DNA of 64,000 nucleotides from contig CM114271.1 of assembly GCA_050084515.1 (NCBI GenBank), positions 20,894,001 through 20,958,000 on the forward strand. Reading direction: 5' to 3'. A program made the translations under genes and the position numbers. How positions within the stretch are numbered: the first letter of the stretch is position 1; each line of letters begins with the position of its first letter. Shown here one piece after another: positions 1 through 14,070 of the stretch. This DNA comes from Blasia pusilla. Taxonomy: Eukaryota. The notes beneath the pieces are model-generated. The model was not told the DNA's origin. It did no database searches and saw only the letters and a program-made list of their open reading frames with translations.

Positions 1-2255
1 ACATATTTCTACTTTAGACTATACATCCACACTCAACTTAGATGCCTTTTTCTACTTATTGCAATTGAGCTTTACTTCATTCGCATTGTGTTATGGTTCT
101 CTATAATAGTTTCATTTTTCATTTTACTAAGTTTCTGGAATTTTTATATTATTATTTCTTTCCAAATTGTGTGCACATTCAACTATCAACTATGCACCTA
201 CATAATTCCATTTTTGTGAGATTTCCACGTTTTATTTTCCATTCCATTTTATTTCAATTCCGTTTTGCTTTCAATTTATAGTCTCTTCATGTTGTTCTTC
301 AATTCAGCACATTCAATTCTCTTTACTACTAACGAATATGTTTGTTTCTATTATTTCAAGAGATCAAATTTATAATCACGCCGACCAACACACCATGGTC
401 CATTTCATCAAGTTGAATTTAGCACATCTCATAGGCGTTTCACTCACCACATTGATGTTGAGGTATCATTAGAAGATCACCTTCAATCGTCATTAGCAAC
501 TCTACTAGATCCCTACAAGGATTTTGTTCTTGATCTAGATACGGTTGGACTGTAGAAGAAATAGTTGCAACTGCTGGACCATAATTCTAGATAAACGTAA
601 TTAGACACAGCAAACTATATTGAAAAGAAATATGCTAGATCTAGATACTGCTGTACTGTAGAAGTGGCATCTTTCTTTTATTGAGTGATAATGCCTTTTC
701 TTATTGCTGCAGTGTGAACGGGTTCTTCCACCCTCTCATTATATCTGCCACCATAAAAATCTCAAAATTCTCCAATCTATCAATTACACCTACGCCACAA
801 ACCAAAAAGCTCACATCAAACCATTCTACATACGACCAAGATGTCTTCTAAAAACTACTATGTTACAAACTACTTAGGGCGCATACTTATTACTCTTAAA
901 TGACACAAACGTCAACAATAGGAAGATTTTAAAAGAACAAGTGTCAACAATAAAAAATAATTTTTAAAAAAACCCAGGTTTTTCTAACCCTCTTCTCTTT
1001 TAATTACATAGATTTTGATAATTTTGTCTAATAATAACATATGTAATATCACAATTGCCCAAATTTATAATAGCACCTAGAACCCCTTTAGGACGGAATG
1101 AACTCTAACTATGCTACGCTGTCGAGTTCGATGACTAAACATGTCACGAGGGACCCAAACAACCGTGTCTCGATCTTCAATTCTACTGAATTCTCGTCAA
1201 TAAATTTCCATATTTTTTATCGAAAACTTTGGAATTTTCTGCAAAGGCCAACTTTTTTTTTGCAGAAAATTGGAACAAAATCCGTATCTGCCTCGAAAAC
1301 ATTCGTAACTATTCCGCTCTTATACGAAAACCTTTTTCACGCGGAAACCTTTCGCGGATTTCGAAACCGGCCTCCGCCTTGTTCACAGCTGCTGCACCTG
1401 TTTCGACCCTCCTTTCATTTCACATTAAGAAAATCGCCCAAAATCCCAAATCTCTCCAGAAGCTTCACCACCCGCGAGCTCGTTACGGAAAGTGGGGGGA
1501 CGGACGTTGCCGCATCCTCATCCTCGAGATCACGCATGACGACGGACACTTGTTGCGTTCGTACGTTCGATTTGAATTGGGGGGGGGAGGGGTTTGACCG
1601 TGGCTTCAGAATTGAGACGGATCATCGTGAGCGAGTTCCCGAGCGGAGTGAAAGGAATGAACGAATGAATCTTGAGGATCGAGGACGCCGGGAAGGCCGC
1701 GAACTCCCGGGAACAAGAGCTCGTGGGTGAGAAGTGGGATGATTCTTTCTTCGTAGGGGCTCCGCCAGCGGTGTCCGTCGATCGCCATGCGCCGTCGTAG
1801 CCAACGTAGCGCGATTGGCGGATGAGATGCAAATTCCGACGTCTTTCGCGCGAACCGATGTTGATTGCTAGCGATATCACTCTTGGCCGAGTCGCTCAAC
1901 AACTACTGTTCCAACCCCGAAACCGAAGAAGGAACGACCGAAGAAACCACGGAAACGAAAACTAACCATCTCCTCTTTTGCCGTTTCCTGTTTCTCGGCC
2001 TGGATGGATGGCCGTCCGTCCGCCCGCGGAGCTTCCCCATCCTTTTTTCTTTACCCCGTCCCCTGAATTTTCCACATGGTGTGAACTTCAATAAAACATT
2101 TGGTGGAAAACCCATCAGAGATACCAAGGAGGGGGCATAGAGGATTTAGTGTAGAAAAAGGGGACTTCCCCCTAAATGCACCTTGGCATAAGAGGTGGGA
2201 ATCAACCTTCTCGGGTACCCCAACCTGCCTTAAAGCCAGAGGGAAAAATATGGAC

Positions 2256-2401
2256 ATGACTCTGGAAAAAGATTGAGACCCCTATTGCAAGGGAGACGAT
2301 ACTCATGGTAAAATAAAGTGAACTACCTATGACTATGGAAATAAATTGAGACCCCTATCGCAAGGTAGACGATACTCATCGTAAAATAAAATGAACTACC
2401 T
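2256..2401. repeat. Tandem duplication, about 73-bp unit x2
   Basis: ATGAC..TGGAAA..ATTGAGACCCCTAT..GCAAGG..AGACGATACTCAT..GTAAAATAAA..TGAACTACC occurs twice back to back. Confidence 0.85.
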
Positions 2402-5400
2402 CTGTGATTGAGGACGTTTACAACTAATAGCCCACTATTTGTGATGATGAAGGCGTTCAAATTTACGTCCAAGCCTATATAGGGCTAATCTGATGGCAGG
2501 TTGTAGTTTGAGCTCGAAGCCGTTTTTGACCACTCAGACAAACGTACATAAAAGTGGAATGAAAACCCCAGTGTCTTGGTCAATGAAAAAGTTTGGGGTC
2601 CTTGGGGATCACTAATGGACGGCGATTGTTATGGAAAGAAATAATCATGTTTTCTTGCCCATAGATAAGAAAAATTTCCTTGTTCCCATAGGAAAAGGGA
2701 ACATGTCAAAAAAAAGTATTTGCAAATCAATGAGCACTTTCCAATAATAATATAAATTCTTGTGGAAGGGGATCTGTGAAAGAAGATATTCTTTTAGGTG
2801 TGCATATAACTCTGCTGTCGCTTAATAGTGGCCTAAACAGGATGGGCAAGGAGTATATTCCAGAGTTTAGACTACACGTTGGTAATTCAATTAATCAACT
2901 CCCTCCACTTGGGTTCTGCCGTACAGACATTGCATTTGAAAAAAGCCAATCTCAGCATTTGGCTCAACATTCCACTCCATTTCAACATCCTGGGCAATAT
3001 CAAATCACCTTCCTCTCAACATAAGAAAAAGCTTGAAAACATATTTGAACTTTTGATATAAAGGATGCATCTGGTAAAGGACAACTAAGCTTGAACTAAA
3101 CCAGTGAAACCTTAAACTAAGCCTGAGTGCTTCATTACCGATCGAAATCCAAGCCATATCCTTTGTGCCCTGGTCAGCAGATCAGATCTCACTTCATCAC
3201 CAGAAATATGGCAAACTAGAAAGTAATCGTGCGTCCCTAAATTGTAGGATTTAGGATCCTTCACTTCAAGGTAACTGGAAAGCGAGATGGTCAAAGACAA
3301 GATTTCATGCAAAGTCCGAACATGTACATTGTGTTGGTCGAGACTCCAATGAGGATAAAACACTCCAGAAAGGTTGAATAGAGACGAAAATAATTGATTG
3401 AAGGGAATTGTAAAACTCAACAATAAGAGAAATTCTGAAATTTTGAACAAATTACAATTAACTCTTCAGAGCATGCTGCAGAAGATGAATATGGTGAGAC
3501 TTCTCCCACAGCATCTTTAGGTGGAAAGGGGTAAGCAAGACCTAAACACACAACTATAGTAGGGATAGAAGTCAAACTTATAACATGGGTTCATGAAGAC
3601 TAATCATAATGGGCAGAATAACAGTGGCATGGATGGCAAAGAATATACTAGTACAGTCCTTACCATCCACGCCAACTAAATCCAGGCAGTGGCAGACAGT
3701 TGAGCAGACAAAATTCTGTCAAACAAACAGAAGGGACTGAAAGAATCTGGACGAAGAGCATCTTATGGTCAATCTGGCTTTCGATGGCATTTAGTCTTTA
3801 GGATGTTGCACTTGATAAGATGCTCCTGGCACTTCACAGCCACTAGCGTGCACACATTAAGTCACTAACCTGCAGGGACGGTGCAAAGAAACAACTTGCA
3901 CGACGTTCTCAACATATGGAAAAGACTTCATCCATGTCTACAAAATACTGAACACCTGCTCCAAACTAGCACACTTGCAGAACATTTTGAGTTCTCATCC
4001 AGATACCTTTTCTCCAAGATCAGAAGATAGTATCCACTGCTGTTGCTAAAACAGATACAGAAGATGCATTGCTAGGCACGCCGACAAAGAGGATAGGATA
4101 ATTGGAGGGCTAGTGACATGAGTATACGGCAATTATATTCCCAAGATATGTTGCTACAAAGTTTGCAGAAGTGCATGTAAACACGACATCATGAGAGCTA
4201 AATTGCACACTAATTTGAACCCCAGACACGAGAACAAATTCAATACAGGCACAAGAAGTTGCATTTGAGTTTTGGTTGAGCTAAGAGTCCATAAAATTGT
4301 GTGGAGGTCATCCAAGAGCAATTTTACATGGTTCATGAAGTGGCACAAATGCAAGAATGGAGGGTAAAACCTCCCGTAAAAATAGGTACTATAAAGACTT
4401 GGTCATGTTGTGATGTCTTGTCAGAGAATAAGGGGAAATCAAAGATCTGTATGTCCTAGACGACGACGACATACCCACACCATCTCCATATTTTCTTAGT
4501 TAAGCATTGAGCATATATAATTACCCTCGGCATGCTTCGTTTCTGTTTCAACTTCTTAGGTGCGCACATTAAGCCTACAGGTGAATTTTAGTTCCATACC
4601 TAAGAATATAGTTCTGAGGTTGTCACAGGGAGTCAAGATAGCATCATGGGTTAAATCGAGGACGCATGGGAATACAGGTAAAAACAGCTCTTTCCAAAAA
4701 AAACAGGGTGACAAGGAAGACTCTAGTTCAGTCTGGACAGCCTGAGTACCTTTTCCAGAAATAATCAGCGACAAAAATGCACAATATTAATATGTTGCCA
4801 GCAAGCAGTTGAAATGTTGCACTCCAGGCAGTTGGCCACCTGATGTATGTGTTAGAAAGACCAAACATGATTTTAGAAACATACGGAGAGAAAATCGCAA
4901 AAGAACTCCAAACTTGGGCCAGACATGGCATCCACAATCCTCAACCTCAGCCCGTAAATGGATGAAACTACTGCATGTTTATAAAGATGGCATGGCACTA
5001 CTTCTGACAAATAGTCTGCCATGGAATATGCTCATCCAGAAGAAAGGCATATATATCTCTTAGCCCAAACAGATGTTGACCAGAACTGATGGAGCAAACG
5101 TATCAGGTTGCACTTGAGATGGATATAGGAACTACAACCACGTTCGGTACCATGAAGAAGACCTGCTCGCCAACTAATTCCTCATTCACCTACAGTGTAA
5201 GTCCCTGGAGTTGACCAAATTCTTATGTTGGGGTAAGTACTTAATGTCAATCCAGAACCATCCACTATATGATACTTGCTGACCTTTGAAGTCACCAAAC
5301 TTTTCAGGCTGAAATAAATAAATTTCTGATTATCACCATATCTCTGATGGACCAAACTTCAAAACATAATTCTCTGCAAGGCATGGGTACATGCACGGTT

Positions 5401-6068
5401 GAGAGCATTGTGTATCGTGGGGACCTCCACTACAGAAACAGTAGCTCACTGGCTTTACAATGCAGGAGTGTAACTGTTGAGTGACAAATGCTGGAACTAC
5501 AAGAATTCGTTCAGTAGCAATAGAGTACACCTCTGTGCTAAGGAATGCCACTTAATTCGTCTGGATAGCGTATTCTAAAAATGGCGTTTCTCTTAATGTG
5601 TATCGATGCATCACGTGTTGAAAGCACATAAAAAATGGATCTGCAGGGGCTGTGAAGAATTAATGGTGACACAAAATGCAGCCCTACCAAAGTCTTCAAT
5701 GGACGCTATCTAGTCAACAGAAGCCATAAGTGAGGCTTCTCAACAACTCCAGTTTAGTCAGTAGACCTGACAATTCTGGAGGGCACACTCATTTTCTTTA
5801 CCTGCTTTACGCCATAAATCATGACTTCATCCTCCTCTTCTTCTAGACCGCACATTCCGTCCACAATATGGACAGATGCCTCAAAATTACAAGTGAAAGT
5901 TTCTACGTTTAGTCTTGTAACTGCTATAACATGAGAACTAGTCCAAACGAATGTTTCTCTGAACCTTGAAAGGAACAAGAAATCGTGATCAAAACCCTAA
6001 AAGGGTTATGGCAGACATATCAACCAATGCTCATATTTTGTGACAAGCAAAAACTCTTACAGAAAAGG

Positions 6069-6869
6069 TCACACAATACTTGGTGCATCACTTGACCAAT
6101 TACAGGAAGCTCGTTGCCACCGAGTCCGAATGCAGTCCACAAGGGGTGCATGCTGAGCGGGCTCCTCTTTGGGAGTTTCACCTTCTGTCATACGTGTGCT
6201 GTCTTGTGCAGCTGTCTTATATTCCTCAACTAAAACTGTGTCCGGAGTCCACTTTGGTGGCACTGTCACCCGGAGTTTTGTCAACTTTGGTCTTTGATGG
6301 ATCACATTACCCACAGTTGCCACTGTTTTAGCAATTCCATTGAAGTGGTACAGCTCAAAATGTCTTTTTCCAAGATTGACATCAGTGTCTTTAAGGCCAC
6401 CTTTACTTTTGTCCACTTGGCAGAGAGCTTGCCACAAGTCATTCCAAACGATGATATCACTGCTGCAAAGATTGTTAAATAGATCATTAGGCATATCAAC
6501 GTTGAGATCACTAAGTACCTGATGGAGGGCTTCCAAACTGATGAAACCCCCTCCACCACTTTGGTCTTGTGCATCAAAAGCCTGGCGAATGCAAGTCTCT
6601 CGGTCTTCAATGTCACTTTCATCTTGAACTGTAGGAGTGAAAGCAAACAGCACTGTATAATGAGATTCACTGCCCACAACCCAAATTGGCCACCTTGGTC
6701 GCTTTAGGTGCTGCCCCACTTTGCATAAGTTGAGGGACTCGAGAAGGGTAAGAAATCCCACTTCCACACTTGTGGGTATTCCTTTCAGGCACATACCTCC
6801 TCCTAAGTCCATGCTCCCATCAAAAACATTGGGTACAGCCTGTCCACATAACAACAGGTTCACAATTTC
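6069..6869 (-). CDS. MINDY-3-type deubiquitinase, last exon (catalytic His, EF-hand-like loop)
   Basis: EIVNLLLCGQAVPNVFDG, WVVGSESHYTVLF (catalytic His), AFDAQDQSGGGGFIS (EF-hand-like), CIRTRW, then TGA. The seven exons sum to 1953 nt = 650 aa plus stop. Confidence 0.93.
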   Translation of the reverse strand, partial: EIVNLLLCGQAVPNVFDGSMDLGGGMCLKGIPTSVEVGFLTLLESLNLCKVGQHLKRPRWPIWVVGSESHYTVLFAFTPTVQDESDIEDRETCIRQAFDAQDQSGGGGFISLEALHQVLSDLNVDMPNDLFNNLCSSDIIVWNDLWQALCQVDKSKGGLKDTDVNLGKRHFELYHFNGIAKTVATVGNVIHQRPKLTKLRVTVPPKWTPDTVLVEEYKTAAQDSTRMTEGETPKEEPAQHAPLVDCIRTRWQRASCNWSSDAPSIV

Positions 6870-8668
6870 CTGCACAAGATATTATGCACAAAAGGGAACA
6901 TGTAAAGAAGTGCAGACGGTGCCTCTATGCAAGAGCAGTCATGCACCAGATCTCCAAATTAATACATCTTAGAACAGGTGCCAAACAAGAGGCGAATGAT
7001 TTGCAAAAAACTTATTGTGAAACAACTCTTTGCAGCAAAGCTTTCTCGAAATACCAGGTGAGCTAACAGATTTGTTGCAACAAAGTAAAAGCAGATAGAT
7101 AGAGTGGCAGGCTTGAAGCATTACTTGATCTAAGATATTGAAACTGATGGTTTACAGAATTAGAATGTTGCATATTACCCTGCAATTAGGTCAGAGGTAT
7201 AAAACTAAAATTAAACACCTCAATAGCAGCTAAAATTAAGCTCACTTAGTTGAATGACAACCAGCTTTCATGAGAGGACGGGAATGCTGCACCAATCCCC
7301 GGAAAGTTTGATAACCAAGTGAATATTTTGAGAACCAAAACAGAAGGCCACTCTTGACACCAACAAATGGCTTCCAAAATTATTGTGCCAACACTTGTTG
7401 GGTGGCTGCAATTCAGGTAAATCTGACAAATCTGCCAGATGCACTCAATCGGTTACACATACATGCCTTCACATGTATGGGTGTAAAGAGCAACCAGAGT
7501 AACCAGAGGCTAGGGGAACAGCAAGCAATGGGAGCAAGCAAGTGCAGAAACCATACAGCAATGACGAGGTTTTTCCCTCAGAGGGCAGACTTGGAACCAT
7601 TTCTTGTCGCGATCAAGTATAGCATAGCACTCCACTTAATTGACCTGGACCACCAAAAGTAGGCCATTAGACTTGGTAAGCCAAGTTGTTGTACAGCCCC
7701 ATTGTACCCTTGACTGGCTCACTATCTATTGCTCCACCGTAATCAGAGAGCTCTTAACACATTCTAAAGCAACATTGGAAGCCTTTTGAACAAAATAACC
7801 AATTTGAACTTGAAATGAAGCACAAAACTACATTATCAAGTGGGGATGAATCTACAGCGGCCTGGGCTTTACAGGAAACTAGTGCAACATTTTGCACAGT
7901 TGAAAACTACTCATCAGTCTTTGCATGTAGCAGGAGGAAGCAGACGGATATGGTGGAATGGGGGACACTGAACTCTTTCATAAGTGTCTGTCCTTGCCTT
8001 GAACCCATAGATCCTGTGTCCTGGTTGGAGGGTACGAGGTTGAACAGGCAAACTGTACTCATGAAATAGTACCTGTCATAGCCTTGCCACCGTTGACTGT
8101 ACACCCTGGTCGGACAGTGCTAGAGATTGGGATGGGTGCGGCAGGGAGAAGTGGAGAAAGTATACGAGTATGAAGACTTTCTCATTAACCATACAGACAA
8201 AAACAGAATGCCTGCATGTTTACCAGGTATCAACCAAGAAACTATTAAAAACCAACCCCTTACATCATTGGGATCTGGAATCGAATTTACTGACCATTGC
8301 AGCAGCAATGGGCACTGAATTCGGCCACTGAACATCATGAACTGCTCCCATACAACCTCTTGAAAAGTATTAATATCTACTTTAGTCATGCCCTAAGACT
8401 AGTCAGTTGGATAATAACTTAGTTGGTGAGAGACCGTCTTATGAAGTAGTGCCTGTCATAGCCTTGCGACCACAGACCGCGCACCTTGGTTGGATGGTGC
8501 TTGAGACTGGGATGGGTATATGAAACATGTGAAGAAGGTACCATATGAGAGGAGGGAGCCACTCTCATATAATGTGAGTGCTGACAATACAGAGTGTTGC
8601 TGCAGAGCTTCCAAGTGTCAACCAGAGAGCTCTTTACAACACTATCTGCTTCACCTGATTCGGATCCC

Positions 8669-8671
<3 letters not shown>

Positions 8672-8706
<35 letters not shown>
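8672..8706. repeat. (AC)n microsatellite
   Basis: Perfect AC run next to the 3' end of the intronic LINE. Confidence 0.95.
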
Positions 8707-8709
<3 letters not shown>

Positions 8710-8720
8710 TGAAAGAGAAG

Positions 8721-11600
8721 ATTTATTTGTCCACGGGAACCCCACAGGGCCATGGGACTTAGCTTTGCAAAAAATTTACAGCAGGTTGAAAAGAAAGTAC
8801 CAGCAACAGCAAGGGCCTAAGAGGTCCTTTGTGCCAGGTGATTTTCCCTAGTCTTCACACACAAATGTAGAAACATAGCTATCTGAACCTGATGGTGTTT
8901 GATGAAAATTTCAGATCTGCCTCAAACACCACATTTTTTTGTGGAATATGCCACAGTTCCATCTTTTCGCAGATGGATCACAGCATGTGTAAGCACCTCA
9001 GTCCTACATTAATTTTGCTGTGACTCACGTTCATTCTCCATTGGTTGTTGGGTTTGAGCTGTACCCCAAGGTAGATGTACTCATCCACAATCTCTGTAGC
9101 CTCCCTTCTCAGTCTCTGCCCAACAGTGAAATTGAATGACCTTTGTGCAGTTGGGAGCTGGGATCCAAAGGTGATTATCATAGTTTTCATAAGGTTGACT
9201 TCCATGCCTGATTTGTTGCAGAAGCTTGAGAGTGCATCCAGATAGCGTTGGAGCCCATGTGCTTTTCTAGACATCAGAGCAATATCATCCCCATACAACA
9301 ACAATGGAATGAGGCAGCATGCTAGTTTTCGTGGATCTCCATTCACTTTGGAGAGCCCTTCCTCCAATTCGTCAATGTAGAGCCCCAGTAGTGTCGTGAG
9401 AGGGGGCATCCTTGTTTGTGGACAATTTCAGATCTGCCCTTCTTAGAGGAAAAACCTTTGCTAACACCTTAGCATGTAACACTTTGATTGTTGTGAGCTG
9501 CTGTCAAACCCCAACTCTACGAGTCGTTTCTAAGAAGCGCCCTTGGTACTGGCAATATATTTGCATTTCTTCATGCATACCAGCCGTTTCTATGTGTCAC
9601 ACAACACTCAAATGTGTGGAGATTTTGGGTATACTCGCAACCATTGATTGACTTCCCTGCGGGCCACTTTGCAATCCTTGTCAAACCAAGGTTGATAGAA
9701 GAATGTGGAAGTGGAACGGATGTGTTCGCCTCCAAACAGTGGGAGAGGTAAGACATTTCTGCAGCATTGATGTAGGATGCTGCTGAACTCTGTCATGGTC
9801 ACTGTCTGTGGGTACTCTGGAAGAGCCTTGTTGATTATAATGATGAGTTCCACTTTCTTTCCTTGGAGTAAAGTGTATCGGAATTTGATAGGCAGAGTTA
9901 TCTTATGTTGTGTCTCTAGACTGGTTTTGGACACACAGAAGTCTAAGTAGATAGGTTCAAGTTAAGATTCCAAAACGGGTGTGTTAGTCACATTGGTAAC
10001 CAGATGTGTGAGTTGATGAACTTCCCCGATCAGGTAGTCTACTGCGGATGTTGATGTTTCTTTATTAGTGTCAGAGTATCCAGTGGATGTGCTACCTACT
10101 GAATGTGGCCACATAGCTATGCCATTTGCGAGTGCCAAACAACGTGTCCATCAGAGTTGTAGAAGTCTCTCTCCATTAGCTATTCTATTGGTGTCCGCCG
10201 ACATGCGTTGCAGGTGTGGGAAGAATCCTTCCTCAAGAGACCAATCCACTGATTGAGCTTCAATCCCTTCCCTGTCGTTGGTGTTTGACATGTAAATTGG
10301 AGCTTGAATCCTGGTCGTTCTCCTGTTGAACTCTCCAACAAGGAGGATGTTGCATGTATTCATGTGGTGCTCAATAGATGTAGAGAGCACCTCATTTGGG
10401 AATTCTCTTTAGAGCACAGTAGGACTGAAAAAACAAACTTCATTGAGGAGATACTTTGGTAAACCCACTTCTTTGGTGACCCTGATCCAAAAGAAAAGTT
10501 CTTCATCAACGTGGGCTGTGGAGACAAAGGGTTGTAACCATGGTGCTACCAAGCACGCCAGACCCTCATTTCCTTTGTTGTTGGTGTTCATGAGTTGGTT
10601 GCAGATAGCTAGGACTTGGAGCTTGCCCTTAGTGGGAATTCCATTGCAATCCTGCTCGTGTTTCAAAAGAAAGATCATGTCCAGGTCTGTGCCCAGATAT
10701 GTGATACCAGAATGGTCCATCACAGTATTGAAAAACTGCATGAATGGATGGGTTGGTATGATCCTTCCCATCCACAAATCCCTATGGAGAGGCTTGTTGC
10801 CTCTCCCACAAGGTCCTAATTGCTGATTCTATTGTTGGAATCCGAGTTTTCACTCATTGCTGATCCCATTTGTTGTGGTACTGCTGCATTGGTGTGTTTC
10901 CTAGTTACAGGTGTTATTGCCTTTCCTTCACGGAGCTCACTCCAAAGACCCTTACTGTGGACAGTAAAAGCCTTCTCTGTTTAATCAGAAGCTCTGCTCT
11001 TTGCTCAGTCGTCAAGTCTGGTGAGATACGGATTGTTGAGACTTCAGAGCTGCTTTACTTCTGAGGACAGCAAATCTTGTCTCCATCGCTTGACCCATTG
11101 AGAGGGATCACATTCTACCAATATTGGAGCTGGTCAATCAACTGTACCTTTCCCAAGTCTGATCCTTTGGAAGGTGATTGCCGGTGTGACGCTTAGAGTT
11201 GTGAAGACCTTCTCTTGTGACACCAAATTGCAATCCTACTCTTTGGTGAAATTCAATCCCATGATGACTAGATTGAGCCCTGTCCTGGAGTTTTATGACT
11301 CTATCTGCTTCCCCTTTGGCAACCCCTTTGGCTACCTGTGTTGCTACCTCAATGATTTGTGTTGCAGCAGTGTGTTTGCCAACTACTTTCTGTCCAGGTT
11401 CTACTTGAATTTGTTGAAGTGGTCGCTACTAGTCGGTACTCTTAGATGACCTTCCCTATCTGAGTGTTATCTTCTTTGAGGGAAGCAGCTAAGGCCATCT
11501 TCAGTTGCAGGTTTCCAGCCCTCAATTGGCCAAATCCATGGTTGTCTTTTGAGCGGTTGATTTGAGGAGATTTAATTCCTTGCTGGACATTCATCTACCT
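8721..11600 (-). mobile_element. Degenerate non-LTR retrotransposon (LINE; APE endonuclease + RT) in MINDY intron 6
   Basis: APE motifs GNEGLACLV, ILLVGEFNRRT (GDFN), NGERLLQL and SAVDYLIG at about 10020-10780; RT motif PLLLYGDDIAL (YADD) and EYIYLGV at 8978-9409; many stops and deletions; 5' limit approximate. Confidence 0.8.
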
Positions 11601-12799
11601 TGCTCTTCGGATGCTTCTTCTGATATCTCGTCATGGTATTCCAGGTCAGCATCTGGTAGGCATGAAAACTTTCCCATTTTGCTTCGAACTCAGAGAAACA
11701 GTTTGCAATGAATGCTACTTCCAAGTAAGGTGTACCCCCAGTTGATCGTGTGATTGCAGCTTGTAAACTTTTGTTGTTGCACTACCTGATTCTTTTCCGG
11801 ACAAAGTGGCAAGAGTTTGATATGATCAGTCTAGGTGATCCACTTGATCTCACTGATCTCCCACTGTTCCTGCTCTTCTTCTGTCTGGTGGAGAGATCCT
11901 TGACACTGATCGTGTCTTGGACCTCATCTATCAAGTTTTCCAGCGTTGGTTGCTCTTTCGCCATCATGACTCAAAGGCTCTGGCTGAGAATCCATTGGGC
12001 TTGTCCTCGCAAATATCCTGAAGGTGTTGGAGGAATGTGATCAGATTTTTAATAGCATGAATCTCCATTGGGACCTCCCCAAACTAAACCAGTAGAATGT
12101 CATGGGGAGTGGCTCTCCTAATACTCAGACTCTGTTGCATGAACAGTTTCTGGGGGATCTCTAGACCTTGGGGCCATGCATTATGCATTGGGTGGCTGCG
12201 ATCACGAGAGCTTTGAAGAGATTGAGTTTTCGAAGAATATGCCAGAGTTCCATTCTTCTGCAGTTAGACTGCAACATGTGTAAACAAACCCCTCAATCCT
12301 GCAATTATCTTGTTGCGACTTCCATTAGTTCTCCATTGGTTTGTTGGGTTTGAGCTGTAACCCCAGGTATATGTACTCACTACACAAAAATGCTGACTCA
12401 TCCTCCCAGTAGTCGAATTTTTGGGAGAGATTTGAAAGAGAGAGGAGGAGAGGCTAGAGCTTGAAAATCGTCTCAATAATCCCTGGTTTTGAATGAATCT
12501 GCCTATACTATGGTTAGGCAGTATCGCCAGAATGAAAAAACCAGAGAATTAACAAATGAAATGATTTCTTATCCATGGGAGTCCAAAGAAGGACCGTAGG
12601 ACTTTGTTTTGCAACATTTGCGAGAATTAATCAGTGTGAATCCAAAGAAAGAGGTTCCCTTTGCCTGGTGGTGTTCCCTGTCCTTCACACACCTAAATTT
12701 GGCTATCTGAACTTGATTCTTACTAGTCATGAAGTCAGCAACCACGAGGGAAGTACCTTGGAAGAGATCTCGGAACTAGAGTCTGATAGATCATAACGA

Positions 12800-13433
12800 G
12801 GTTCTCACCAAACGGGGTTCCAACTAGACAAGTGAGCTTTAACTGATTTGCTGATTGTACAAGCTGAAATCATGGGGGTTAGCAGAATCTAGTTCTGAGA
12901 TTGTACCAGAAGATACGTCTGGTGATCTTCCTTTTCAACAGGTTATGGGTCCACCCCAAACCTTTCTTCTTAGTTACTTCAGGGGTGTAGAGAAATTGAA
13001 TGGAGGACACTATAACGAATGGTCCAGAACCATGATGGGCATTCAAATGCTGAATGGGTTGTGGGCTTCTGTAGAGATGAAACCTCACAACTTGGACGAG
13101 CTTGTGTTGAATTTAGCTTCAAGACAGCAAAATCAGCTGGCAGTTGTCTGAATAGGACAGACCTTGAACTACTCTATGAGGGAGTGGGTGGATGGTATAG
13201 CAAATGCTTGGGAGATCTGGTCCAGGTTGAAGAGTTTGAAGGAGTCAGCTCTGAATTTGCCCATGCAAAGGTGGAAGACCTTGAGTTCAAGAAGGATGGC
13301 TGACACAGATAAAATTACCTTAACAGCAGAAACATTTGTTAAAAACTCTCGTCCTTTAGTGACTGGTTTCAGAGCATTTGGCATTCTCTACGGAATGGCA
13401 AGCCAGAAGTACAAATCTTTTTTGTCAATTTGA
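12800..13433 (+). mobile_element. Ty1/Copia remnant (LTR end, PBS, gag start) in MINDY intron 6
   Basis: CA|GGTTATGGGTCC primer-binding-site-like motif at about 12940, followed by Copia gag-like VEKLNGGHYNEWSRTM...LW and NAWEIWSRLK; boundaries approximate. Confidence 0.6.
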
Positions 13434-13578
13434 CTTTCCAATACTTCCACATATAGGTGGTGATCTCAACTTTCATATCTGTTCACCCACTTATAAGCAT
13501 AACACAGGAACAGCATTGATTGTGTGTTGACATCACCAACCTGTTGTCATGATATCAGAGAAGGTAGAGCATACATAC

Positions 13579-13650
13579 CTGTGATGCATGACCAAAAGGT
13601 GGGGTGACCAGGGGTTGTTCTGGATCATCTCGATCGAATTGAATCGCATC
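13579..13650 (-). CDS. MINDY-3-type deubiquitinase, exon 6
   Basis: AG/GT-bounded 72-nt exon DAIQFDRDDPEQPLVTPPFGHASQ (conserved GHASQ). Confidence 0.9.
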
Positions 13651-13884
13651 CTGCATATACCGACATTGAATCAGTGAGTGAGAACAAAATGAAAATAGAA
13701 CGAAATATTTGCAACTGTGCAGCAAAGAAACATGTGAAAAACCAAGGACTTCAATTTATCTAAAGGACCTTACAGACAATTCGGGTTGGTAGTAATCAGT
13801 CTACAAGGAGTTTTAGAATTGAAAATCTCATATTCATCCTAACCATCAAGAAACTCAATAAAATCCAAGTCTAAGAGTGTGTAC

Positions 13885-14070
13885 CAGGCCTCGTGATAAT
13901 AAGACTGAAAATAGCAGTAGTAATGCTCCCATGCGACTTCTAAAAGCTGGCAGCAAAATCTGAAGCTGGTAGTGAAGGCTGGAAATCGATGTCACTGTAC
14001 ACACTTTGACAAGCCTATGAAACTCTTTCACAGAGTCAAGAGCTATGCCGTCCAACGCTTTTGCCACAAT
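13885..14070 (-). CDS. MINDY-3-type deubiquitinase, exon 5
   Basis: AG/GT-bounded 186-nt exon ending GALLLLFSVLLSRGL, a conserved MINDY-3/4 motif. Confidence 0.88.

Noticed and set aside
1098-2140. Several overlapping ORFs in a GC-rich patch
   Set aside because: No recognisable domain and ORFs in all frames; probably TE-derived or promoter-like sequence.
3800-5600. Possible extra exons or pseudogene downstream of MINDY
   Set aside because: Splice-like sites exist, but I could not build a coherent frame or recognise a protein.
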